In this document: positions 11,888 through 24,360 of the stretch, piece by piece | How positions within the stretch are numbered: the first letter of the stretch is position 1 | Layout of the letters: each line of letters opens with the position of its first letter | From: Antedon mediterranea | Taxonomy: Eukaryota > Animalia > Echinodermata | Assembly (NCBI RefSeq): GCF_964355755.1 | Contig: NC_092676.1 | Location: forward strand, 27,670,871-27,734,870 | Direction of reading: 5' to 3' | DNA length: 64,000 nucleotides | Notes under the pieces: model-generated | What the model was told of the DNA's origin: nothing | Seen by the model: the letters and a program-made list of their open reading frames with translations, nothing else | Databases searched by the model: none | Program-made: the position numbers and the translations under genes

Positions 11888-13757
11888 TAATACAAATGGT
11901 AAGAATGCTAAGAAACGGTTTTTAAAACTTGGTTCTCACTAGAACGCAACGCAAAGACGTATCTACCAGTCACAAGAGGCAGCTCCGATGGTTGATCGCA
12001 TCGATTGGTTATAATTACTTGCTGTTCGTGTAGTTACGCCATTGCGCTGCGTCGAACTGAAAAACCAAACTGTAATTATAATTTATCACGTTATAATATA
12101 CATTTAAATATAATTTAATGTATTGTTCTTATAGATACATGTCTACCAGCAGCTGATTGCAATCTACAATATATTACGCTGTTACAATAATACTGATACA
12201 TGTGTCGCACATATGATGACGCTGTATCATAGGAGTTGTCTGATACTGTATAACAAACAATGACTCGATAAGCTTTGATATAAAAAGGTTATGTGACACC
12301 ATAAATACATCTGGTACAAAACATATATACGTGGTACACCAGAATAAATAAAATGTCAAGCTATCTAGAATAACGATTCATAAAATGTATTAATAAAATA
12401 TAATGTAATATTATTATTGTAATAAATTGTTTAAAAGGAAAAATTGATTATAATTATGTGAAAACTGTTTTTACATACGAGTTCCTAGTGGTGGTCAATA
12501 TAGTTCTTATTTTAAGCAATATTGACCACCTATTTCTGTGTCATCTCTCCAACCAAGCTCACAATAGACACAATAATGCAGCCGGCCATTAACACCGTAA
12601 AGACAAATGGCTGGGGCACAGGAAGGGTCGCCATAGGCAGCAATCGATAAGATATAGTAAACATCGATATACAATATTCAACATCAATAAAATTCCGTAT
12701 AATTGCGTTAAACGCGATTCTAAACCGTAACAAAAAATAAGCTTTACTGTACAATATGTACAGAATAAATTATGCATAATATAAACACATTTAAATCCAT
12801 AACATTATAGGACAAAGGCGAAACGCCAAGCTCATCGATTGTTTCCAGGGTTTCATTGCTAGAAATGAACATCAAATTATAATTATCTTGAAACTTATAA
12901 TGTGATTCATTCATTCATTCATTCATTTTACTTACACAAAGCAAAATTCAAAGTATGTTGGCAAAAATGAATCAAATTAATAGTCAATGCCTTGTATCTG
13001 GAGAAACTCAAATAAGCACAGAGAGCTTTAAGACAGGTTTCGCCATGATGATGATGTGACCATATGCATGGACATGATGATGTCATATTACTACCATATT
13101 TGGGCATATCACTACCATATTTGGGCATATCACTACCATATATTTGAGCATCACACTATATTTTGTCAAACTAGTTTGATAGTGCAGAGCTTTAGGCCCT
13201 GCTGTAGATCCCATCTCATAAGAACATATGGAAAAGTAAGCCCGGGTAAAGTGGTCGCAATATCCAACACGATTGAAAACATTACAATAGATTATTAGAG
13301 TATGACTATGATCCAATAGAATAATTAGAATGCAGTTATCATGAATTCTAGGGGCCGTACTCCCCGCCCCCTCTGCCAAAGCCTATTGTGGATTTAAACA
13401 AAAACCATCACTGTATGATTTATCATGCCGTCTGTTTTTAGATAAAGAAAGATACGGTTCCGTATTCATACTTCTAAAAACTAAAGGTACCGTACCTTTA
13501 GTTTTTTTAGAAGTATACGGTACCGTATCTTTAGCCATAACGTTGTTTTTTAGACAACCTTTGCCGCGTCGGCTATTATAGAACCGAGCAATTAAACTAG
13601 ACCTACAATATTATATTGAAAGGCTCGGTAATCGTTAGTGCGGCACTGGCAATATTGGTATATCAGTACAGTATAATAGGATAGTCTGATTGTGCTTTCT
13701 CAACGATACCACCATTTCAGCTATTTCTTGCGTGAGTTTCGTACATTTTTGCTACCT

Positions 13758-16700
13758 ATGTTTCAGCTGTTTTGTGGGTTGGTATTCTGCCTGGTATGTT
13801 TACCTTGTTGCACCATTGGTTCTGCTTCAGCAGATAGTAGTCGGGTCCTGTTGGTTTCTTTGGATGGGTTCCGAGCAGACTATTTAGACAAGGCGGATTT
13901 ACCAAACTTTCGTCTGCTAAAATCTGACGGTGTACGAGCTAAATATACCATCAATGCTTTCATTACAAAAACACTGTCTAACCACTACACTATAGTAACT
14001 GGACTGTATCAGGAGAGTCACGGGATAGTAGGCAACAACATGTACGATCCGGTATGGGATGAACACTTCAATCTTGGACACCCAAGTTATTTAGATCAGA
14101 AATGGTGGAATAGCGGCGAACCAATCTGGATCACTAATCAAAACAACTTTGGAAAAAGCGCGGTAATAAACTGGCCAGGTTCTTTTATCAACATACGTAA
14201 TGAATACCCTACCTACTATCTACCAACGTACGATGAATCGATACCGTTACGTAAACGAATAGACTGGATTGTTAAACATTTCCAAGACGATGACGTCAAT
14301 CTGGGGATATTATACCATCATGAACCGGATCCAACTGGACATAAGTTTGGTCCAAATTCTCCAGAATTAATCGAATGTCTAAAGAGCCTTGATGACGACA
14401 TAGGTTACTTGGTAGACCAGATGAAGAGGACTGGTTTGTATGACACAACCAATATCATTATCACGTCTGATCACGGGATGGCAGACGTTTCCATAGAACA
14501 AATAATTGAACTGGATAAACTCATAGATTCAAGTCTATATAATGCTGACAACAATAATCCTATAATTGGTATTTGGCCAAAAGACGGTAAGTATTCGTTG
14601 AAAATTTGGTTGATTTTATGGAGCATTGGTCCAGACATACTCGTTTTTTCCTGGTTTATTTAACAATAGCACTTTATTTCTTTTTACAATTGTGATAAAC
14701 CGTGCATAGAGACTATTGTTTGCGCTATACAAATTTAAAACCATTAAATTTACAATCGGAGTGACACTACACATTTTGTTGATTTTATTATTTAATTACA
14801 AAACTAATAATTAGGAATGAGGGTACATTTATTGTGTAACTATCATTATAGTTGTTATAAAATTTAATGTGACTGAATAAACAATGTGACCGTCTGTAAA
14901 AGCTAAGCTTTTAATTTAACACGGTAATAATAATAATGATATCTCTTTTTTGACTCCATAATGAGCGAGTCATATGGCCGAGCGGTTAAGGCAGGGGCGC
15001 CGTTTATCGTACCTAAAGAGCCAACAACAACATCGGCAAGGGTTCGAGGCCGACTCGCTCCTAGTTCTGGTGGTGGAACAAGTCTTCTCGGATAAGGACT
15101 ATAAACCGTAGGTCCAGTGTACACAGTTATAACCTGTGTGTACTTTAAAGAACCCAGTTCATTATTCGAAAAAGAGTAGGGGGTTACCCCGGTGAACTGG
15201 TTCACACAATAGCCTCTGTATCAGGGGGATTACCACCTATCTGATAGGACAGTGATTAATTCACTATTGGTAATCCTTGGCCACAGTGCCTAAAGACATA
15301 AAATAAAATAAAATAAAAAAAATAAATAATGGAGTCGAAACATCCATCTTTTTAGGGCGTTATTTTTTTAATTTTTAATTAACTAATTAGTATAATTATT
15401 ATAGAATAATTTTAATTATAGCAAATGTGAAATAAAACCGTATAAATTAATTAATTAAACCATTTAACAATTCTGAATGTTATGCCTGATGTGTTTTCTA
15501 CTATTTTTGCCTTATAAGTGTTTTATATTTCTTGTATGCCCTGCACATGCTTGGTTCCCCAAGCTGTGACCTAAGATGTTTGTTACATTCTTGTTCTTGT
15601 GTTTTTTTTTATTTGAAATAAACGATTACATATTGATTTTATTCAATTTAGAAGATGAAGATAAGATATACAATATATTAAAGAGTGCTAGTGATCACAT
15701 GCACGTGTATAAAAAGGATGAAATCCCGTCAGATTTCCATTATCAAGCAAACAGACGAATTGCTCCCATTTTGCTCGTTGCTAAGGAAGGCTGGATGATC
15801 TACCAGAACTTTACAGCTGTGTTTCCAACGTTAGAACATAGAAAAGGTAAGCAATTGAATGTAAGCATGGATCTAAGTTTAGTTCCCCGCAAATGTAGGC
15901 AAATGTAGGCAGGTATTGAATTGAACACACATCAATTATAGTAATTTCCATTAATGTAGGCCTACTACAATAATACTCAGCAGCACATAACACCATCATA
16001 GCATACGGGTACCGCTACGGTACGGTATATTTTCGCGCGAATTAATCCGAGGGATAAAATAAACCAGGCAATCTAACAACCAGGTGCTGAGCTCCGGCGA
16101 TCGGGCCGGCGATCAAATAGTGATTGCAAAAAGAGCCTTAAAGCTTGGTTCCCACTAGAGACGCAACACAAGGACGTAACGCAACGTGAGTGAGTTGACC
16201 AATCACAAGCGATGGATTATTCGAACTTTCGCTTGTCATTGGTCAACACGCTTGCGTTGCGTTTACGTCCTTGCGTCCGCGCACCACGGAGAATATGTAC
16301 ATAGTACAGTACTGTTGGTAGTGTCGCAGCTAGACATAAGATCAAAGGACTGTTACGAGTTCCTATCTTGGCAATGTGAGCTCAGTGTCCTGTTAATAGA
16401 TTGAGGAACATGGAGGTTTACTTGATTGAACCAACTTTGCTGCCGGATGTTTCATACACGCGAGGTATTTAATACGACTCGTTTTGCTGTTAGCTGTTAA
16501 ATCCTCTTTTCTTTGACAAAGGGCAATTGTTACAAAGTAGTACTATGCAGATTTCGTTCAAGTTATTTCAATTTATATGGTAATACCTGAAATAAAAGAC
16601 CTAAAATATTCTAATCTGCTACACAATGTAGAGAGCAAATAACGTTCTTCACAATTGTGTTTGGTGGGTTAACGGACTACATTTTGTATGATTCAAAAGA

Positions 16701-17551
16701 CACAATAAAAGAATTTTTATTTTAGACATCAGAACGTATTACATGTACTATTTTTATTATTTATTATTAATTAGAAAATACCTTCCTTTGCTCGAAAAAC
16801 CTCCATGGAAAACATAATCCCTCGAGAAAAAAATCTATCGTCGGAGGAGGAGGATCTCAAATAATATATTACACGTACCTCCAATTAGGCAAAAATGTGT
16901 GTGCGTTTTGTTTGATATTAATGTGATACACTCGAGTGTGCTCTCGAGACTTTTAACCTCAAATTTTGAAGTTATGTTATTTTATTTTGTTACAATATGC
17001 CTATAAGAACGTTTGTAGGCCTATAACAACATACAGTAATCACATTACTAAGTTATATTATAACATAATAATGTTTTAGTCCCGACGAAAGAATAGTGTA
17101 TTCCGAAAGGTTGGCGCTTTCATTGAGATCTAACCACTGATTTTTTCAGTTATTTGCCTTTAGATTAAAAATCGTTTGTTTTATTTCAGATTTTAACGTA
17201 GGGGAGCACGGTTTCGACAATAGACTCGAAGTAATGCATCCGATGTTTATAGCGCATGGTCCTGTTTTCAATCAGTACCAACCGGACGCGGATCCATTCC
17301 ACACTGTTGACATCTATCCACTTATATGTTACATATTGGGAATACCAGAATCTCCAAATAACGGATCCCTTAGCCGTGTTTCTCATATATTAAAGCCAAA
17401 TATGGGTTTATGGTGGATTACAAATACAGTTTTTAGTGCAATATCAACAGAATTGTTATTGCTGACATTAAACATTCCAATTCTTTTTCTTTTTTGGAAA
17501 ATGAATGTGTTTCAAATTAGAAATGTATTTAATAAATTAGTATTAAAATAA
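13758..17551 (+). CDS. ENPP5: Ectonucleotide pyrophosphatase/phosphodiesterase, ENPP4/5-like, tandem copy A (~461 aa)
   Basis: Exons 13758-14586, 15652-15846, 17190-17551. Signal peptide, then VLLVSLDGFR, TKTLSNHYTIVTGLY, EPDPTGH, TSDHGM, RRIAPILL, GEHGFDN, MHPMFIAHGP, PNNGS, and a hydrophobic C-terminal segment. ENPP4 versus ENPP5 orthology cannot be resolved by eye. Confidence 0.88.
14963..15330 (+). mobile_element. tRNA-derived SINE with Deu/Nin-like central domain and (TAAAA)n tail
   Basis: Box A tggccgagcgg, box B ggttcgaggc, core ggataaggactataaaccgtaggtcc..ttaaagaaccc..aagagtagggggttaccccggtg, A-rich tail. Confidence 0.85.
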
Positions 17552-17986
17552 ACACAATGTTTCATTTTTGATAATTTCTGTAAAAAGAAATGTGTGCGCG
17601 CGCGCGAGCAATACGTTTGATATTATGTGACACGCAAGGACAAGATACTTTTGTCTATGAAACATTAGGCAGACTTTTACCCTCAAGTTTCGAAATTTAT
17701 GCGAATTCATTTGTTAAAATAGGCCTACAAGAACATTCTGGTGGTGGTGACCTTTTAGCTGATGGCATTACGCCCTCTATATCGTTGCACAAAGTGTAGA
17801 GTACTGCCAAACAAACTGAAAATTAGAATCCCGCCCTCTTTCGGCTGGTCGCGTGTCATTGTTGTTGTGTTATGTTATGATGAAATGGTTTGGGGATTTT
17901 ATTTTTCGGACTGATATCTAGGCCTATCTCCATTTAGTTTATTAACAGTAGTTATTTTATATAGGTATTTTACGGTGACTATCAGT

Positions 17987-20900
17987 ATGTTTTACAGTAT
18001 TTGGCTTAGCCGAATTGTTTCGATTAGTGCTTGTTTTCTAGGCCTGGCAAAGTTCGTTATATCTGTGCCCACGACACAGGCTGAAAATCGAGTTCTTTTG
18101 ATATCTCTGGATGGGTTCCGTGCGGACTATTTAGACAAGACAGATTTGCCTAACTTTCAAAGACTAATATCGGACGGTGTGAGGGCTAAGTTTACTTTCG
18201 ATGCGTTTATTACTAAAACATTTCCCAATCATTACACGATTGTTACTGGACTGTATGAAGAAAGCCATGGGATTGTAGGAAATAAAATGTACGATCCGGT
18301 ATGGAATGAGCACTTTCAACTAGGAAAACCAAGTTCTTTAGAACCGAAATGGTGGAATAACGGCGAACCAGTCTGGATCACCAACCAAAATAGTTTAGGA
18401 CAAAGCGCAGTTATTAATTGGCCGGCTTCGGATGTTAAAATACGTGATCAATTTCCAACATATTATTTGCCAAAATATAACGATTCGATACCGTTTAATG
18501 ACCGCGTAGATTGGGTCTTACGCCACTTTGTTGAGGATGATGTAAATCTTGGTATTCTTTACTTTCATGAGCCTGACCGTACCGGTCATATGTACGGACC
18601 GAACTCTCCAGAAATGATACAAATGTTGCAGATTCTCGATAAAAATATTGGTTACCTTATCGATGAAATGGAGATTAACAACTTGTACGACACTATGAAC
18701 ATCATTATTACGTCAGATCATGGAATGGCGGACGTGTCGGTTGAACGAGTAATTGAGCTGGACAAGTTTGTCAACTCTAGTTTGTATGAATATGACAATA
18801 ACACTCCGGTAATAGGAATATGGCCTAACAAAGGTAAATTTTAGTGCAGCAGGAATTTTCACAAGACGAAATGGGTGGTGCCATCAAAAGATATCACCCT
18901 ACCCATCTCTTTCCAGTACAACAGGGAAACCCTAAACATTAGTAGTAAAAATAAATATTAAAAAGTAGTTTATTTTAGTTAACAAAGGGGTGGGTGAGAG
19001 GGGAGGAGCGGGTGGTGGAGGTGCGCCTCTATATAGACACTACTATACTGGATGTGCCCCTGAACAGCATATATTTATGCTACAATGCCATTCATTAAAA
19101 GCCATTTTTTAAATTTAAATGATTGAAACCCAATAGACCGTCTATGGAATCCTATTCTTTACTGGTACTATCAGTAAACCTGCTTATAATCCTAGCTTCT
19201 AAACCACACAGCACGATGCTTAAACATTATTTTCATTTTAGAATATTATCAGCTCATGATACTGACGGCCATATACCACCAGTATAGTTATGTTGATATA
19301 TTAATTACACGGCTCTATGACATAGCTGAATTACTGTATTGCAGTTAAAATATATTATCTTGTTTTTTAATGTGTAGAAGAAGACGACAACGTAATATAC
19401 AATGCTTTGAAGAATGTAAGTGAACACATGAATGTGTACAGAAAAGATGAAATTCCACAAGTATTTCATTACCATGACAACAGAAGAATCGCACCAATCC
19501 TACTTGTTGCCAAAGAAGGATGGAGCATTTTTCAAAATTTAACTGAAACGTTCCCCAATTGGAATGACACAAAACGTAAGTTGGAACCTCAGTTACATTT
19601 GTTGTACTAAACAAGTAACACATTTGCCTTGCACAGTAAGGCTATGTTTACACCGATAGAGTGGAAAAATTGGGTTTCATGTTAATGTATTGTCCCCCTG
19701 AAAAATTTATAATTAGAATACATTTTTTTGTTGTATATGCCATTTGAATGTCACATAATAGATGAAAAAAAAAATTATTTACCTAAAAAAACTAATTTAA
19801 AGCAAAAAATATTCAAATTGGCTGCCAGCCAATGAATTTATTTTGTCATTTGATTGTCAAGTTTTCTACGGAAGTGATTGACTTTATTAAAACTACAAAT
19901 TGGCCTATCAAAGTCTGATTTATTTAATTAATCTTTTAATCTTAATTTTTCATGTTTTTGGGGAACGATACATCTTTAAAGAATAAGCATAATACTAACA
20001 CACACTGCATTCCGTACAGATGTTATCCGGTGCACGGATTCTGAGCGATGAATCTGAGAACCATTTATTAAAAATATTTTTTACAGATTTTTCCCTCAAA
20101 CAACATTTTTGTTTCCGTGAAATATCATGATTACTGTGTGTCATAAATGAAACTGAAACTACAATTAAAGCTATTGATTCTCCTGTCAAAAGTCAATTTT
20201 AACAATCAAAATTTAAATGAACTTCAACACCATTGGAACTTAATATTTAAATTATTAATCATAATTTAGAATGTTTAATTATAATGAAACACACATGATA
20301 GGGTTAAGAGATGTATTATGATTTTGGCTCAATATTTTTCTTTCTTTTGAGTCGCATATTTTGCTCTTGTTTATATTAACTAGACTTCAAAGGAGCACAT
20401 GGATATGACAACAGGCTAGAGGTGATGCATCCCGTCTTCGTAGCTCACGGCCCTCTCTTCAATCGCAACCAGTCGCAAGCTGCTCCATTCTATAACGTCG
20501 ACATCTACCCACTTATGTGCTACATGCTGGGCATACAACCATCCCCTAACAATGGATCTTTTGCCCGGATATCCCATATTTTGAATCTGAATCCCACAGA
20601 GTTTCCGACAGAAAATAGTACAGATGTGTTTGAACCGTCAATGCCCGTAGTGGTACCGACATCTGGCGGCCAAGACGGCACTCCACTCTCTATATCTGCT
20701 ATTGTTGGTGTGTACATGTCATTTCTTTTCACTTTGTTTTTTTCTAAATACCAATTTTAGCTCCATTTTTTTTCTCCAAAATGTTATAACAAAGCACCCA
20801 TTCCAGTAATATTCAGAGTAATGTACTACAGTCAACTCTCCTAAACTCCTGTAAATTCTCCCAAAATCAGACTTTTCTTGAGGTCCAAAATTAATTTCTA

Positions 20901-21480
20901 ACATTAGAAACACATTCCAAATACAAGACTTTCCGGGAAAACCAGACATACAGTATTGTATTGGGCCAGCCCACAGGTGTCAGGTATTGGAAGAGTTGAC
21001 TAAATCATATTACATTTAGTTACTCAAATACATTAATAGCTTTCAAAATAAATTTGATATAGTTAACAAAAATCTACCATCTGTCCATATGAATGATAAA
21101 GTATAACCCCATATTTGGAACACCCCCCATTCAGGGGACACTTTGTATGGTTCTTAATAGGAGTTTTACTGTATACAATTATATTACATTGCTTGTCATT
21201 TTCATTCATTCATTGCATAAGTTCATTTCATTTTTTTAACCATCAAAAATTTTCATTCCTGTAATCATTCACAGCTCTGAGTGCCGCTTTTGGAGTCGGA
21301 CTTCTCTCTGCGGTTATTTTTACCGCTATGTGCGTAAAACAACGAACATACCGCCAAGCGCCGTGTAATTACAAACCGATAATAGACACGTCACTCGACA
21401 TGTACGAACAAGAAGACAACGATATCAACCAGGTTATTATCCAAACGCCCGATCAACCAATTGAAGGCAGATTACCTTAA
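17987..21480 (+). CDS. ENPP5: Ectonucleotide pyrophosphatase/phosphodiesterase, ENPP4/5-like, tandem copy B (~524 aa), type I membrane protein
   Basis: Exons 17987-18833, 19378-19575, 20384-20707, 21275-21480. Motifs LISLDGFR, canonical TKTFPNHY, EPDRTGH, TSDHGM, GAHGYDN. An S/T/P stalk is followed by the TM helix ISAIVALSAAFGVGLLSAVIFTAMCV and a cytoplasmic tail with YKPI. The first two intron positions match copy A. Confidence 0.9.
20827..21002. mobile_element. pogo/Tigger-like MITE (tacagtcaactct..agagttgact)
   Basis: CAGT start after TA. A related copy at ~61495-61680 ends ggaaagttgactgta, and a fragment lies at 6120-6180. Confidence 0.65.
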
Positions 21481-23171
21481 TGCAATGGATTAACATGTTT
21501 AACTAGGATTTATTGGTAATGGATTAGTAAAGGTGGATTAACCTAACAAATACATAGATTTTTTTAAAAGTGCAAAAATAACAACTACTAACTGTACCCA
21601 CCACCATATTTAAACTTATTGTTTATATTATCAATTAAAAAATGAAATTAGGCACTGGATGGCTTTGGGGTTATTGTAATATTTATCATTCCGCTAGCTA
21701 CATGCGATGCTGTCGATATTTTAATAGCATATTTAACACAATTGCTTTCTACTAATTGTTTATCTTATTTAGTACAGTACTTTTTGATTTCTTTCTTTAT
21801 TCATCCAAAAAATACATAAACATTATAATATAAAACATTAAAAATAATTGGATAAAAAGGAAGAAAAGAATGCAACTTCATGCCTATCTAGCTCTACTCC
21901 CTGTATAACTAAAAGATTTCAATTTTATTCAAATCAAACCGCATTATGATAGAATTTAATTACTAATAAAAACTACTGCATACCCATAGGTATTTATATA
22001 TATATATTTATTACTGATTAACTTGATAATTTAATAACTAACCATACAGTATGAAACACCATCAGAAGGTTGGGATAATCAATGTACTGTTTTTTACCAA
22101 AAATGTCTTTTTTGTGCAAATGTATGGTACTATAAACTAAATTTTGATAAACCAAAACTGTTATCTTTTTATTATATTATTTTTACTTTAAATTACCAGC
22201 GACATATGATTTCTAAATATTTAGATCTAGATATCTAGATTTATGTTATATTTTCTATGCAATCTTAAGCTCTGTCTACACTATCAAACTAGTTTGAAAA
22301 ATATGGTAGTGCTATGCCCAAATATGGTAGTGATAAGACATCATCATGTCCATATATGGCCAAATCAAATTTTGTTGTCACATACAGTTTGATAGTGTAG
22401 ACAAAGCTTTAGGCAAATTTTATATTTTAATATCATTTAGTAGAATTTTCTTATTTTTGCCATGTGGTCTTTTCGATATAAGATGCACTTTAAAAAATAA
22501 AATGACATAATACTTTTATTTTCAAACATAATCTATAAATATTATATGCTGGTTGTTTTTGGCCTCTTGTAAGGTTTTATTCATTTCCGAAAATTATATT
22601 GTGTATTACATAAAAGTATAGTAAAGCGACCAAAACAAAATATAGATTTTATCATTTAATCTGAATTATATTATACATATTCATAACCTGTGAAGAGTGA
22701 AATTATTGTAATTTCACTCTTGCCTGGTCAAAACAGTAGAATCCATATTCTATGGACCAAAAAAATAGGGATTGGTTGTAGTGTTTAAATATTTAATTTA
22801 CGGGAAAGGGTTGACTGAATATGGTTTCCCAAAGTAGAGGTTCTGTAAGTAAATAAAAAGTTGTATATTTAATTAAGCTAATGTTGAACTGTATGTTTTG
22901 GATATAATATAATTAAATTTATTTTGCATTTCAAAATAAAAAACTCTTTAATTTTGTTAACGACGTCGTGCAACCAGAACGACAACGATGTCGCGCAACA
23001 ACCACGACGTCGCGCAACCGCAACGACAACGCGCAACCACAACGATGCCACGACGGCGTTGCCGACATCTCGGCAATGGCAACTTATTTGGAATCGAACA
23101 TCACAAACGGCATTTCATTCATACGATGTGCGCTAATATCCCTCACCCGGTACAACTCGTATCTGGAAACT

Positions 23172-23380
23172 AAAGCCTGTTTTCCTGTCGATGTTATTCT
23201 ACGCTATCGTTAACAATAATCGGCGATCTTCCACGTAAACATTTACATGTTAACGATTTACAGGAAAAGGTACTTGCTATCGTTATCATTTCAACTTGAT
23301 CGTTTTCAAACGATCGTCGTTGAACTGTTAACGATCAACGACGATAGCGTCGAATAACGTCGACAGGAAAACAGGTTTAA
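23172..23380. mobile_element. MITE with ~25-bp TIR
   Basis: cctgttttcctgtcgatgttatt / aataacgtcgacaggaaaacagg. Confidence 0.75.
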
Positions 23381-24179
23381 GTATATTCTGAGTCCGCTTT
23401 AGCTTCCTCCCTACCTACCATTCTTATTAAAAATGTAAATTTCACTATCTGCTATTAAATGTGTACTATATGCCGACAGACCTTCTGCTATTAAATTATA
23501 CGCATTTATATGTGATATCTGATGGATGTTTAATTAATATATTATAGATTATTCTATAAAATTAATGATTGATTTGAGTCCATCTGTTAATGCATCGCAG
23601 ATATTTAAAAACAAGTTGCATCACATTCAGTGGCGGATACGGGCATTAAAATAGAGCTTGAAAATATTTATTAGGGGCGCGCGCTCTCAGACTCAAAAAT
23701 TCGCAGACAATATTTTTTAATATCTGATTGCTTGTATTAGTAATACCATGAACATATAAATTAGATCTAATTCAGGCCTATAGTTTCATTGTTATACAAA
23801 TCCGTTACCCTAAATATAAGGAGTTCAGTTCATTTTGTCCTTTATCCTCTGACCAATCTTCATTATTATAACCTTACCATCGCCTACGTACAGTACATGG
23901 CATAGCTCTTATAAGCACGAAAGACTGACCTAAACCTTTATTAGAAGTAAATCATATTCCAATCACCCCGCGAACACAATTCTCAGTTAAAGCATCAGTT
24001 AAAGCATCAAAAAGATAATTCTATAGCTTTAAAAAACAAAGAAACTTACTTACTAAAGCATGCCCCATCGTGCAGTCTCTCAAATAATCCTTGCCTTGGC
24101 GCGGCGCGCATTCACAACCACATGGACGCAGCTATGCAAATTACCTACATTATTGGGATGTTTTATACCATATCCATAA

Positions 24180-24360
24180 AACAATCGGGAGATATGGCAC
24201 TAGGGTAAGGCGGGAGGATGTCTTTCAAATGAGCCAAATGGAAAGCTCCTAAAGCTTTGTGGGTTATCATAGAAAACCCTATATAATGTTTTTTTTCTGC
24301 GCAATATCGGGATTCAAACTCTCGTGATTTAATCGGTAAACTTGTGAGGTATTGCATAAC
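24180..24360 (-). mobile_element. Degenerate L2/CR1-group LINE ORF2 C-terminal remnant
   Basis: The translation LPIKSR...ITHKALGAFHLAHLKDILPPYP resembles the L2-clade LHWLPI.R..K...T.KAL...P.YL..LL..Y.P pattern. Confidence 0.5.

Noticed and set aside
11885-11890. Selenocysteine or read-through at the NAGPA TGA
   Set aside because: The TGA is immediately followed by an in-frame TAA, and no SECIS was recognised.
14963-15062. tRNA gene
   Set aside because: A and B boxes are present but there is no proper anticodon arm; it continues into a SINE core and tail and has dispersed relatives.
22924-23213. Three overlapping short ORFs
   Set aside because: A CpG-rich low-complexity repeat fragment adjoining a MITE, with no splice or homology support.
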